A stretch of DNA of 64,000 nucleotides from Bdellovibrionales bacterium (GCA_031426555.1 JANPLN010000030.1:32001-96000), one strand, 5' to 3'. Positions 10,182 to 19,369 are shown, numbered from the stretch's first letter. Translations and numbers: made by a program. The notes: generated by a model not told the origin, from the sequence alone.

Positions 10182-11873
10182 TTACAAATCCGTTTGCGTA
10201 TTTGAGAGAACTTCCTCAATCGTTGTAATCCCATTGAGAACTTTTTCGATTCCATGATCGCGGAAGGTTCGCATTCCCTGTTCCACGGCCATTTTTTTAA
10301 TGGCACCAGAATCTTTTCTCTGCATCACCAGTGTACGGATCTCTTCGCTGACGATCAAGAGTTCTTGAATCAAAGTTCGGCCCAGATAGCCCTTGTAGTT
10401 GCACTTGTCGCAACCCACAGCTTTGTGGATGCGGGCGCGTTTGGCAGTTTCAAGTGGCATATCTAAATTGGCGGCATCGGCCTCACTTGGAACATGGGGC
10501 TGTTTGCAGTGGGGGCAGAGTACACGTACGAGGCGCTGCGAGATCACGCCCAAAAGGGAGGTGGCAATCAAAAAAGGCTCGCAGCCAATGTCGGTCATGC
10601 GCGGGAAGGCTCCGGCCGCATCGTTAGTGTGAATCGTGGAGAGCACTAAGTGACCTGTGAGCGAGGAGTTGATGGCAATTTCCGCGGTTTCTAAATCGCG
10701 AATCTCCCCAATCATAATAATGTCTGGATCTTGTCGGAGAATGGCCCGCAGACCGCTTCCGAAAGTGAGGCCAATTTTAGAATTCACCTGAATCTGACCA
10801 ATGCCGGGAATTCGCTGCTCCACAGGGTCTTCCACCGTGATAATGTTGGATTCGATGGAGTTGAGTTTTTGCAAACACGCATACAGCGTAGTTGATTTAC
10901 CACTTCCGGTGGGGCCGGTGACAAGAATAATTCCATAGGTGCGCTGAATAAGTTCTTCGATCCGGCGCAGGTTGGCTTCGGCAAAGCCCAGTTGTTCGAG
11001 GGATAAAATCACATTGGAGCGATCTTGCAAACGCATCACCAGGCGTTCGCCAAAAGACGTAGGCACGGCGTTCAATCGGACGTCGATGTCTTTACCACCA
11101 ATGCGTAACGGAATGCGACCATCCTGCGGCAATCGTTTTTCGGCGATGTTGAGGTTGCCCATCACTTTGATTCGCGAAGTGATGGCGTTTTGTAATTTTT
11201 TAGGTGGTTTATAGATGTCGTACAAAAGACCATCAATGCGAAAGCGAACGACCATTTCTTTTTCGTAAGGCTCGATGTGAATATCAGACGCTTTTTCTTT
11301 CACCGCGCGCGATAATAACGTGTTTACGAGTTTAATCACCGGCGCTTCATCGTCGGATTCTAAAAGATCGACGATAGAATCATCAAGGTCATCGCCGCCA
11401 TCTTCGATTTCTTCCAGGCCATCGAGAGCCGCCGTGCCTTTCTCGTACAAGCGATTGATCGCATCGAGCAAGCGCGTTTTTGTTGTCACTAGAGGAATCA
11501 CTTCTTTTTTAAACAACGTGCGAATGTCATCAAAGGCAATAAAATTGAGGGGATTCGTAGTGTACACAAAAACCGAGTTTTTGTCTTCCTTGGCAGGGAG
11601 AATTTCTTTGTTCTTGGCGTAATTGATCGGGATGTTGCGAATCATATCCATGGGGATATCGTTAAATGGAATATCCTTTACAAATTGAAAGCCGAGTTTT
11701 TTACAAAAGTGCGCAAGGATCTCTTCACCCGTGGTCTCTTTGGTGAGCGAAAGATAAGCCTCTAAATTCACTGCGCCATCCACCGGAGAGTCGAGGAGAG
11801 CGCGAATCTGCTGTTCGCTCAGCGAAGTGACTTTTCCTAAAATACTTTCGTAATTAACATCGGTGACGGCCAT
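10182..11873 (-). CDS. gspE: T2SS assembly ATPase GspE
   Basis: ASDIHIEP, RLPQDGR, Walker A GPTGSGKS, LRQDPD, GHLVLSTIH, tetracysteine motif. Confidence 0.98.
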   Translation of the reverse strand: MAVTDVNYESILGKVTSLSEQQIRALLDSPVDGAVNLEAYLSLTKETTGEEILAHFCKKLGFQFVKDIPFNDIPMDMIRNIPINYAKNKEILPAKEDKNSVFVYTTNPLNFIAFDDIRTLFKKEVIPLVTTKTRLLDAINRLYEKGTAALDGLEEIEDGGDDLDDSIVDLLESDDEAPVIKLVNTLLSRAVKEKASDIHIEPYEKEMVVRFRIDGLLYDIYKPPKKLQNAITSRIKVMGNLNIAEKRLPQDGRIPLRIGGKDIDVRLNAVPTSFGERLVMRLQDRSNVILSLEQLGFAEANLRRIEELIQRTYGIILVTGPTGSGKSTTLYACLQKLNSIESNIITVEDPVEQRIPGIGQIQVNSKIGLTFGSGLRAILRQDPDIIMIGEIRDLETAEIAINSSLTGHLVLSTIHTNDAAGAFPRMTDIGCEPFLIATSLLGVISQRLVRVLCPHCKQPHVPSEADAANLDMPLETAKRARIHKAVGCDKCNYKGYLGRTLIQELLIVSEEIRTLVMQRKDSGAIKKMAVEQGMRTFRDHGIEKVLNGITTIEEVLSNTQTDL

Positions 11874-14371
11874 TAGTTTTCGCTCTCATCTTCCAGAGGC
11901 AGAGCCCCTTCCAGTTCGTCGATAGAAATATCTTCATCTTGGCGGGGCGCTGGCGACTCCGCTGGTGGGAGATCTTGGTCTTCCAATTTAAATTCGTCAA
12001 CGGCGTTGGCAAATTTGCCGACCGGTTCCAGATTTTCACCAAAGGGATCACGGCCGTTGAGATTGCGCTTCACCCAGTTGATACGCTCATCGTATTTGTT
12101 CTTGGTCAGTTTGCGATGATCTTCTGAGTTGCGAATAATTCGCGGCGATAAAAAGACCATGAGGTTGGTTTTAAAACGACTGGCTTTTCGGCCCTTAAAT
12201 AACCAACCTAGCACGGGAATGTCGCCAAGAAAAGGGACCTTCTTTTCATCGAGCCTATCAGTGTCTTGAATTAAACCTCCGAGAACGGCGACATCGCCGC
12301 TTTTGAGGGTGAGATTGGTTTTTAAAGTTCTCTTTTTAATTCCCTGGGTTGCATCTCTTAACTGCTGCGCCGATGGAATTTTTGTACTTACATCAAATGC
12401 CTTTTGCTCGATGTTCAATGTGACTATATCGGAGTCAGGGCTAATAAAGGGTTTAATCTTTAGTAGAATTGTTGCGTCTGCGAACTGCACTTGCTGCTGG
12501 GCCACGCCAGCGGCGGTGGGAGCTGCGTTGATCGCCAACGGAATTTGATCCCCCACTTCAATGTAAGATTCTTCATTGTCCATGGCCATAATCTGCGGTG
12601 TCGAAAGTACGTTGGTATTGAGGTTGGTTTTTAAAAACTGAATAAAACCCAAAAGGTTCGGGATGGTTGCCACCGTACCGCCGATGTTTACGGATACTTT
12701 GTCTCCGCTTCCAAAACCGAGAATTCCACCAGAAGCGCCAATATCCTGAAGGCTGCTAATCTCACCTGTAATATATCCCGCGCGTGCCACCGAGTTCGCA
12801 CCGGCATTGGCCGTGTTGGTATCGGATTCGCTAAACTTTAAGACGTTCATGCTCCACGTGTCGGACTTTTGCGCATCCATTTCTACGATATACGCTTCGA
12901 CATAGACTTGATCTTTTGGAATGTCGATTTTCTCAAGCAATGAGGTCACCGTGCTGTAATCCTGCTTGTTGGCCGTGATGATCAAGCTGTTGGTGTTTTC
13001 GTCAGCCTTGATAATCACATCGCCGCCAAAAAGATTTTGTTTGGCTTTGGGAGCTTGGAACGTGGCAGGGTTGTTGGCATCGGATGCTGGCGTCGACGTG
13101 GAGGCTTTCTTTTCCTGCTCCTGGGCAATGCCATTGAGTGTATCAGCAATTTTTTTCGCTTCACCGTGTTTGACGTAATAAACATAAATACCACCGGCAT
13201 CGGCTGGATCCAGCGGATAATCGAGTTGCTTCACCAGTTTCAGAATTCGCTCAATACCTTCGCTGTTGCCAACAACGATGATGGAATTGGTGCGTTCGTC
13301 GGGAGTCACCAAGGAAAGTGACTCGTTCTTTTCCTGAGCTCCAAAGCGCGAAGCGGGACGAAACGTGTTTTTCTTTTTGTCTTCGCCTTTGTTAATAATC
13401 TTATCAACGAGCTCGGCAACGTCTTTCGCCTTGGCGTGTTTAATGGGAATCAATTGCAAACGCTCTTCAAAGCCAGGCTTGTCCAGCTCTTCGAGAACCT
13501 GAGTGATTTTACTCACGTTGGATCCAAGATCAGTAACAATCAACGAGTTGGTTTTTTCGTAAGGAATCACTTGGCCGGCTTTGGATTTAATAATCTTCTC
13601 AAAAGTCTTCGATGCGTCGTCTGCGCTTAAAAATTTCAAACGAATGATCTTGGTGATCAACTGATCGCCGTCTGGATAGTAGGCGCCGCTGTAAATATCA
13701 AGGGCTCCGGTTTTGGCTTCGTCGAGTTTTTGAATTTTCAAAAACTTTCCCGACGGCACCACAGTGAGTCCGTTCATCGATAGCGATGACAAAAATGTCT
13801 GCCATGCTTCGGCCACGGTGATGGGGCCTGGAGAAATAATGGTGATTTTTCCGTTGAGATTCTGTTCAAAGATAAAACGTTTTCCAGTGAGGCGAGCAAT
13901 GGCATTCACCACATCGGCAATCGGAGCATCTTTGTAATCGAAGCTCGCGACGGTGTCGGGAAAGTTTTCGTTGTGGATGTCTTCGGGCTGAGCATCCATA
14001 AATGGCATTTTGCCTTTGACTCCTGTCGTGGGAATGTTTGTTGGTGCCACAGGCGCACCAGCAGAATTGGTGTTGTTGGAAAAGTCGCCGGAATTTGCGG
14101 CCTTGTTGTTAAACCTTGAAGGGGCGGTGTTGCCGCCATTAAAACGGCCACCAGAGCGGAATCGCGAGGGACCAGGGCCCGGAGGGGGAGGCGTGTTATT
14201 AAAATTATTATCTCCTTCAAACCCTTCATCTCCTGGCGGAGGCGGGGCGGGAATTTCCTCGGCTTCTTCGAGAAGTTCGGTATCGTCTTCGAACTCTCCC
14301 TGTGCTTGAATCTTTTGCACGGACAGGGTCGTGAAGAACAAAACAAAAACGACCAAAAACTTCTGTATCAT
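11873..14371 (-). CDS. gspD: T2SS secretin GspD with long Pro/Asn/Gly-rich N-terminal extension
   Basis: N-domain repeats (DERTNSIIV, DENTNSLII), QVYVEAYIVE, KVPFLGDIPVLGWLF; start at ATG 14371 after AGAGAGG, followed by a signal peptide. Confidence 0.97.
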   Translation of the reverse strand: MIQKFLVVFVLFFTTLSVQKIQAQGEFEDDTELLEEAEEIPAPPPPGDEGFEGDNNFNNTPPPPGPGPSRFRSGGRFNGGNTAPSRFNNKAANSGDFSNNTNSAGAPVAPTNIPTTGVKGKMPFMDAQPEDIHNENFPDTVASFDYKDAPIADVVNAIARLTGKRFIFEQNLNGKITIISPGPITVAEAWQTFLSSLSMNGLTVVPSGKFLKIQKLDEAKTGALDIYSGAYYPDGDQLITKIIRLKFLSADDASKTFEKIIKSKAGQVIPYEKTNSLIVTDLGSNVSKITQVLEELDKPGFEERLQLIPIKHAKAKDVAELVDKIINKGEDKKKNTFRPASRFGAQEKNESLSLVTPDERTNSIIVVGNSEGIERILKLVKQLDYPLDPADAGGIYVYYVKHGEAKKIADTLNGIAQEQEKKASTSTPASDANNPATFQAPKAKQNLFGGDVIIKADENTNSLIITANKQDYSTVTSLLEKIDIPKDQVYVEAYIVEMDAQKSDTWSMNVLKFSESDTNTANAGANSVARAGYITGEISSLQDIGASGGILGFGSGDKVSVNIGGTVATIPNLLGFIQFLKTNLNTNVLSTPQIMAMDNEESYIEVGDQIPLAINAAPTAAGVAQQQVQFADATILLKIKPFISPDSDIVTLNIEQKAFDVSTKIPSAQQLRDATQGIKKRTLKTNLTLKSGDVAVLGGLIQDTDRLDEKKVPFLGDIPVLGWLFKGRKASRFKTNLMVFLSPRIIRNSEDHRKLTKNKYDERINWVKRNLNGRDPFGENLEPVGKFANAVDEFKLEDQDLPPAESPAPRQDEDISIDELEGALPLEDESEN

Positions 14372-14396
14372 GAAGGTACCTCTCTGTTGGACTCTC

Positions 14397-14555
14397 GGGT
14401 GTATCCTCAATTTGGCAAGTCCATAGAACGAATGATTTCGAGCTGACTCTTCGTTACTTCTCCTCACGTTAGCGTTTCACTACCGTTTCGTCGTCGCGCC
14501 TCGATTCAGCTCGAAATCATTCGTTCTATGGACTTGCCAAATTAAGGATACACCC
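14397..14555. repeat. Long foldback element E2 (50-bp arms, 59-nt core)
   Basis: 14397-14446 is the reverse complement of 14506-14555 with 1 mismatch. Confidence 0.95.
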
Positions 14556-14623
14556 TATTAAACCTTAAAAAAATAGAGAGCTTAAGCACGAACTCACCGA
14601 ATGACCTTTAGCGGGGCCTAGGT

Positions 14624-14693
14624 CGAGTCCAATAAGACTCGACCCCAAAAAGACGCGAGTCCAATAGGACTCGACCCCAAAAAGACGCGAGTC
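14624..14693. repeat. 32-bp tandem repeat (2.2 copies), each unit with an internal palindrome
   Basis: CGAGTCCAATA(A/G)GACTCGACCCCAAAAAGACG at 14624-14655 and 14656-14687, then CGAGTC. Confidence 0.9.
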
Positions 14694-14794
14694 AAAAAAA
14701 CTAACACAGCAATTCAGTGCGAATTTTCTCGCACAAGGTCGAGATGACAAAAGGGGAGGTCCTCTTTTGCTAAACATTTGTTACTCTGTTCCTT

Positions 14795-15703
14795 ATGAGA
14801 ATTCCTTTGCTGTCCGCATTGATCGAAAAAATACGCGCTAACGAACGCCCCCCTTTCGAAAAATTCTATATTCTCGTGTTTATCGTATTTGTAGGCTTTC
14901 TCGTCGGCGATCTGGTCACTCTTTACGTGCGGCAGTATCTGTTGCCAACAACCGTGCCTCCCAAAAAAATAACCAGCATGCAAAACCGCGCCGCCCGCTC
15001 CTACAACTATCCCGACATCATCACTTACAATATTTTTAATTCGGATCACAAGATACCTCCGTCACTGGCCCAGCTGGAGGGCGGAATGACTCCCGACGGT
15101 GCGCCTCGCCTGAGTCAGTTGCCGCTGGATTTGATCGGCACCATTGTTCATGCCAACTCCAAGCGCTCTCTTGCCACCATCGTTCAACGGGGGCAAAACC
15201 TCGTAGAACCCTATTCGGTGGGTCAGACCATTGCTGGTCTGGCCGAAGTGAAAGAGATTTTGCGCGAGAAAGTGATTTTTCGAAATCTGCAGACTCAGGG
15301 TCTCGAATACATCGAAATCCCCCACGAAGATAAAATTTTGTTATCCACCGAAAAGGGCCCCACCGTGGCCGCTCCGCAAACCCAGGACAAGACAGAGTTC
15401 AAATTAAAGCGCGAGGAGATCAATGGAGCCCTCGAGCGTTTGCCAGAACTCCTTCAACAAGCTCGTGTCGTTCCTGAAATGGGGCCCGATGGCCAGGTGA
15501 AGGGCTATTGCATGGTCGAAATGCAGCCTGGCAGTTTGTACGAAAAATTAGGTCTGCGCATCGGCGATTGCATTCGCACGGTGAATGGCGAGCCAATCAA
15601 TAGTCCGCAAAAAGGGATGCAGATGTTTCAGGAGTTGCGCAACGCTCCTCGAGTGGAAATCGGCACTGATCGTGCGCAGTTGAAGTACGACATCGAAAAT
15701 TGA
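14795..15703 (+). CDS. gspC: T2SS protein GspC (TM, HR domain, PDZ)
   Basis: N-terminal TM, NIF, LDLIGTI, C-terminal PDZ (GSLYEKLGL..GD.I..VNGEPI). Confidence 0.9.
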   Translation: MRIPLLSALIEKIRANERPPFEKFYILVFIVFVGFLVGDLVTLYVRQYLLPTTVPPKKITSMQNRAARSYNYPDIITYNIFNSDHKIPPSLAQLEGGMTPDGAPRLSQLPLDLIGTIVHANSKRSLATIVQRGQNLVEPYSVGQTIAGLAEVKEILREKVIFRNLQTQGLEYIEIPHEDKILLSTEKGPTVAAPQTQDKTEFKLKREEINGALERLPELLQQARVVPEMGPDGQVKGYCMVEMQPGSLYEKLGLRIGDCIRTVNGEPINSPQKGMQMFQELRNAPRVEIGTDRAQLKYDIEN

Positions 15704-15872
15704 AGTACGAAATCGGATAAGGCTGCGGGATTTAGCAGCAATGCTGCACCCAAGTCTAAAAAGATTACCTAGCCGTTTGTAAATTATCGGGATTCCCAAT
15801 TGGAACCACCTCAGCTATCACTTCAGTCGGGGTTACGAGACAATTAGGGTTAGGGTTAGTTTACAGAGGGGA

Positions 15873-16562
15873 ATGGGGATGAGCACTGTATTAATGTTTA
15901 CAGGTCGCAGTGGGGTAGATCAGTTAGAGTTTCGTCAGCAGTTGTTGCGGGTTCCAGAAGTGTCGATCACTCTGAAAACGGCGCAAGCAATTCTCGAAGC
16001 CAGCCAGCACAAAGAAGCAAAAGAGCTTATGAGCTTGGCGCACTACGAAACAAACGAATATTTATCTGCCGGTCTTTGGCGAGATTTCTTAGCGCAATTG
16101 ATGCAAATCGGTCTTTATCGTCGTTACGAAAAATTATCAGCCCGACCACAATATATAATCGGCGACTCTGGCGAATGCTCAGCTTCAGCTGTGTGTTTAG
16201 GAGCCATGACTCTCGAAGAGTACGTGGGGCGCTTTTTGGAGCAGCTCGAAAAACGAAACGCCGAAGAACAATCCAAGGAATTTTTAGTTGGTCACCGTTT
16301 AGAAAGTGCAAAAATTTACGAGCGCACGTTTGAAGGCTACGTCGTTAAATCCGAAGGCAAAGATCTCTGGAGTTTGTTTGATGATCTTCGCAAAGATCAT
16401 TTGATCGACCAGATAGTCACCCTGGGCACAGCACCAAGTAACAACTGGCACATCGAGCAGGATCTCGGCATGGTGGAATCGGTTGTGATGGATCCTTTGC
16501 TCAGCTGGATGCTACCTTACTTGCGTTCTAGCACTGTGCCGCTGAATGTGGCTTACGGATAG
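15873..16562 (+). CDS. Hypothetical protein, remotely FabD/acyltransferase-like N-terminal fold
   Basis: VLMFTG start and PQYIIGDSG resemble the FabD LFPGQG and GHSxG motifs but are degenerate. Confidence 0.4.
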   Translation: MGMSTVLMFTGRSGVDQLEFRQQLLRVPEVSITLKTAQAILEASQHKEAKELMSLAHYETNEYLSAGLWRDFLAQLMQIGLYRRYEKLSARPQYIIGDSGECSASAVCLGAMTLEEYVGRFLEQLEKRNAEEQSKEFLVGHRLESAKIYERTFEGYVVKSEGKDLWSLFDDLRKDHLIDQIVTLGTAPSNNWHIEQDLGMVESVVMDPLLSWMLPYLRSSTVPLNVAYG

Positions 16563-16568
16563 ACTGCG

Positions 16569-16705
16569 ATTTTTAACTTTTAGATACAATTTTTTTAGAA
16601 CCTCCCTTTTAAGACGCGCCCATCCATGGACTCAGTTGCCCCCGTCCGGGTCGCAAAGGTCTTAAAAGGGAGGTTCTAAAAAAATTGTATCTAAAAGTTA
16701 AAAAT
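16569..16705. mobile_element. MITE-like foldback element E3 (perfect 47-bp arms, 43-nt core) with 7-bp flanking direct repeat
   Basis: 16569-16615 is the exact reverse complement of 16659-16705; GACTGCG lies at 16562-16568 and 16706-16712. Confidence 0.8.
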
Positions 16706-16849
16706 GACTGCGTTTGCTTAGCAAACTTAGACTACTGCCGAAGCGGAAGTACTTGCGCGTTGGAAATTATTTCGAATCTTCCAATTCTGCCAAGAGACTT
16801 CATGGAAGTTCCAAATGTCCAATGACTCACGTCCACGAATGTATCCTAA

Positions 16850-17968
16850 TTATAGATGCACAAAATTAAAATCAGGGGCTGTCGACATCGGGTTTGGTTT
16901 TAAAAACGATGGCAGATCTTCTTCGGGGGCCAGGACCGAGTAGAAGCCGTAGGGCACTTTGGTGGAAAGAAACGTCAATGGGGCGCGGGTGGTGTAGTCG
17001 CCAAAATAATTGGTGTGGGCGAGGAGTTCGCCGCGAGCGGATTCTTCGTAGGCTTGGCACAACAACGAGTAAAACACTTCGTGGTTATCGGCTGCACAGT
17101 GAGTTAAAAAACTCAGCGAAAAAGTTTGATCCACAGCAGGCAACGGCTGCGAAAAGCCTAGCAGCGATGAAAGTTTGCTGGATTGATAAAGCAGTAAGCC
17201 TTCGGAGTGGTATTTTTTGGCGATGACTTGTTGAGTGCTGCCACTATTCCAGGGAGCCACACAACCCACAATTTGTTCTTTTGAATTTCGCGCAATTAAA
17301 AAATTGTTTAAACTGAAGTCGGGCCAGGTTTTAAATTTTTGCTCCAATTGCTCGGGAGTGATATTAAAGTACAGCCGACTGCCGATCTTTTTTTGCATCA
17401 TGTAGTTGCACAGCTCTTCCATATCTTTTGGCAGAGCGTGACGAATGCGAATGGTGGGCATGGGGGCGGGCGACCACGGCCAGCGACCCAAAAAATAAAT
17501 CATATTCACTTTGCGATAAAGATAGTAGTGCGGTAGTTGGCGACGAATTTTTCGCGGGCGTAAAAGCGCATTGTAAGCCTGGTTTTCAAACTGCTCGATG
17601 GCGGTAAAAACATAGCGACAGTTTTTTTCGGCAATTTTTTGATACAGATACGGAACAAAATGTTGAGCCCATTGGAGAACGGCAATCCGTTGGGGAGCAA
17701 TTCGTAGATCACACAGATAGCCCACAGTTTGCTCTTGGCGATTGAAGTAAGCGCGCTGAAAGCAGATGGTGGCTGCGCCAAGAAGAGTTTCGCTGTCGTC
17801 CATCAGTAGAACAGTGGTGAAGTCGTCGCTGAAGGTGCGATAGTGATTAAAAAAATTCCCCACGCGGTGAATAGAAAAATCAACGTGTCCATGGACGATC
17901 TGTTCTTCGTAAAATCTTTGCAGGAGAAGGGAGTGCTTCTCTTCGGCCTCGACCAGCTTGAGTTGCAT
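16850..17968 (-). CDS. Conserved hypothetical protein, probable tandem GNAT-fold acyltransferase
   Basis: VGYLCDLRIAP GNAT-like motif; second domain begins IRIRHA...D..EL. Confidence 0.55.
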   Translation of the reverse strand: MQLKLVEAEEKHSLLLQRFYEEQIVHGHVDFSIHRVGNFFNHYRTFSDDFTTVLLMDDSETLLGAATICFQRAYFNRQEQTVGYLCDLRIAPQRIAVLQWAQHFVPYLYQKIAEKNCRYVFTAIEQFENQAYNALLRPRKIRRQLPHYYLYRKVNMIYFLGRWPWSPAPMPTIRIRHALPKDMEELCNYMMQKKIGSRLYFNITPEQLEQKFKTWPDFSLNNFLIARNSKEQIVGCVAPWNSGSTQQVIAKKYHSEGLLLYQSSKLSSLLGFSQPLPAVDQTFSLSFLTHCAADNHEVFYSLLCQAYEESARGELLAHTNYFGDYTTRAPLTFLSTKVPYGFYSVLAPEEDLPSFLKPNPMSTAPDFNFVHL

Positions 17969-18532
17969 CTAATCTTTTTTCCAAACAACTTCGGCCACAC
18001 CCAACTGGTGATTAAACGACCGCGCAAGCACAAAAAAGTAATCGTTCAGTCGGTTCAAGTAAGGGATGAGTTGCTCGGGTAGAGTTTCGGTTTCGGCCAA
18101 GGTACAGCACAGTCTTTCGGCGCGCCGGCAGATCGTGCGGGCCATGTGCGTTTGACTTGATAAAAGATGCCCGCCGGGAAGGATAAATTGTTTTAAGGGA
18201 GGAAGATCCTTCATCAGGGTGTCGATTTCATGTTCGATGGCAAGGATGGTTTCGGCTTTGATGGTGGGAAGTTGCGCCGCGAGCTTTGGATCAGGGCATG
18301 CCAGCTGGCTTCCCAAGTTGAAGAGTTGATTTTGTGTTTTCGTGAGAAATGCATTTACACCCTCAAAGCCATAGGCTTGAAGTTCACTCAGCAGCACCCC
18401 AAGTGTGGAATTGAGTTCGTCGACGGTGCCATAGCAGTCCAGTCGCACATGAGTTTTGCTCACACGCTCGCCATTGACCAGGCTGGTTGTTCCTTGATCG
18501 CCTGTTTTTGTGTAAATTTTCGGTGTACTCAC
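17969..18532 (-). CDS. ATP:cob(I)alamin adenosyltransferase, PduO type
   Basis: KIYTKTGD.GTT, YGTVDELNS, FILPGG, ARTICRRAER, YLNRLNDYFFVLAR; GTG 18532 after AAAGGAG. Confidence 0.95.
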   Translation of the reverse strand: MSTPKIYTKTGDQGTTSLVNGERVSKTHVRLDCYGTVDELNSTLGVLLSELQAYGFEGVNAFLTKTQNQLFNLGSQLACPDPKLAAQLPTIKAETILAIEHEIDTLMKDLPPLKQFILPGGHLLSSQTHMARTICRRAERLCCTLAETETLPEQLIPYLNRLNDYFFVLARSFNHQLGVAEVVWKKD

Positions 18533-18553
18533 GACAACTCCTTTGAGATGATT

Positions 18554-19369
18554 ATGAATGAAAATCACATAGGGAGGAAGCACAAAGTGCGAGCTTTTTT
18601 TGTTACCGTTCCGCACTCGGGCGAGATCATTCCGCCAGGCGCCGACTGGCTTCGGGGATTGCCCGAAGCTGTGGTGATGCGCGACGTGGATCGATTTGTG
18701 GATCAACTGTATCAACCAGTCATCACGAAGTTGAAATTGCCCAATATTGTAGCGAAGTGCCATCGCTATGTGATCGACCTCAACCGCAAGCCCGATGAAT
18801 TCGACACAGACTCTGTGGAAGGAGCTCCTCATATTGCGGGAACTCATCCCAAAGGTCTGCACTGGTCGGTGACAACCTTTGGCGAAAAGCTCATCACGAA
18901 ACCAATGTCGAAAGATTTGCATGAGCTTTTTGTGCAACAGCATTATTTGCCATTTCATGAGTCTGTTGCGGAGATGGCGAAGGGTTTTAGCGCCCGGCCA
19001 GTTTATCACTTGGACTTGCACAGTATGCCCTCCCAGGGAACGGTCCTGCACAACGATCCGGGAGCCCAGCGCGCCGATGTCGTGGTGAGTGATTTTCATG
19101 GAAAGAGCGCGCGCAAGGACTTTGTGGATATGATCATCGAGGCTTACCGAAGCACTGGATTGCAAGTGGCTTACAACTGGCCCTACTTTGGGGGCGGTAT
19201 CACTCAGATGTACGGGCGACCTGATCTGGGGCATCACACCGTGCAAGTCGAACTCAATCGACGCCTTTACATGGACGAAGCCACAAAACAAAAGAGCTCG
19301 CAGTTTGTTGAAACACAAAATAAACTGACCCACGCCATGGAATTGATTTTCGCAAGCCTGCCAACTTAA
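18554..19369 (+). CDS. N-formylglutamate amidohydrolase
   Basis: VPHSG, RYVIDLNR, DLHSMPS, N.PYFGG.IT, QVELNRRLYMDE motifs; start could also be 18548. Confidence 0.92.
   Translation: MNENHIGRKHKVRAFFVTVPHSGEIIPPGADWLRGLPEAVVMRDVDRFVDQLYQPVITKLKLPNIVAKCHRYVIDLNRKPDEFDTDSVEGAPHIAGTHPKGLHWSVTTFGEKLITKPMSKDLHELFVQQHYLPFHESVAEMAKGFSARPVYHLDLHSMPSQGTVLHNDPGAQRADVVVSDFHGKSARKDFVDMIIEAYRSTGLQVAYNWPYFGGGITQMYGRPDLGHHTVQVELNRRLYMDEATKQKSSQFVETQNKLTHAMELIFASLPT

Noticed and set aside
1726..14371. Cluster as a type IV pilus locus
   Set aside because: GspG/K/C/D/N signatures and the absence of PilT support T2SS despite the PilM-like GspL.
14372..14467. N-terminal extension of gspD in the ORF track
   Set aside because: It runs through foldback E2; the SD and signal peptide support ATG 14371.
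14624..14693. Possible mini-CRISPR array (32-bp palindromic repeats)
   Set aside because: Units are contiguous with no unique spacers, there are only two copies, and no cas genes are in the window.
15844..15859. TTAGGGTTAGGGTTAG telomere-like repeat
   Set aside because: Under three units inside a G-rich leader; compatible with chance or a local leader motif.
18533..19333. 454-aa PduO fusion ORF
   Set aside because: The extra N-terminal part is the antisense shadow of the amidohydrolase; PduO motifs and an SD begin at 18532.
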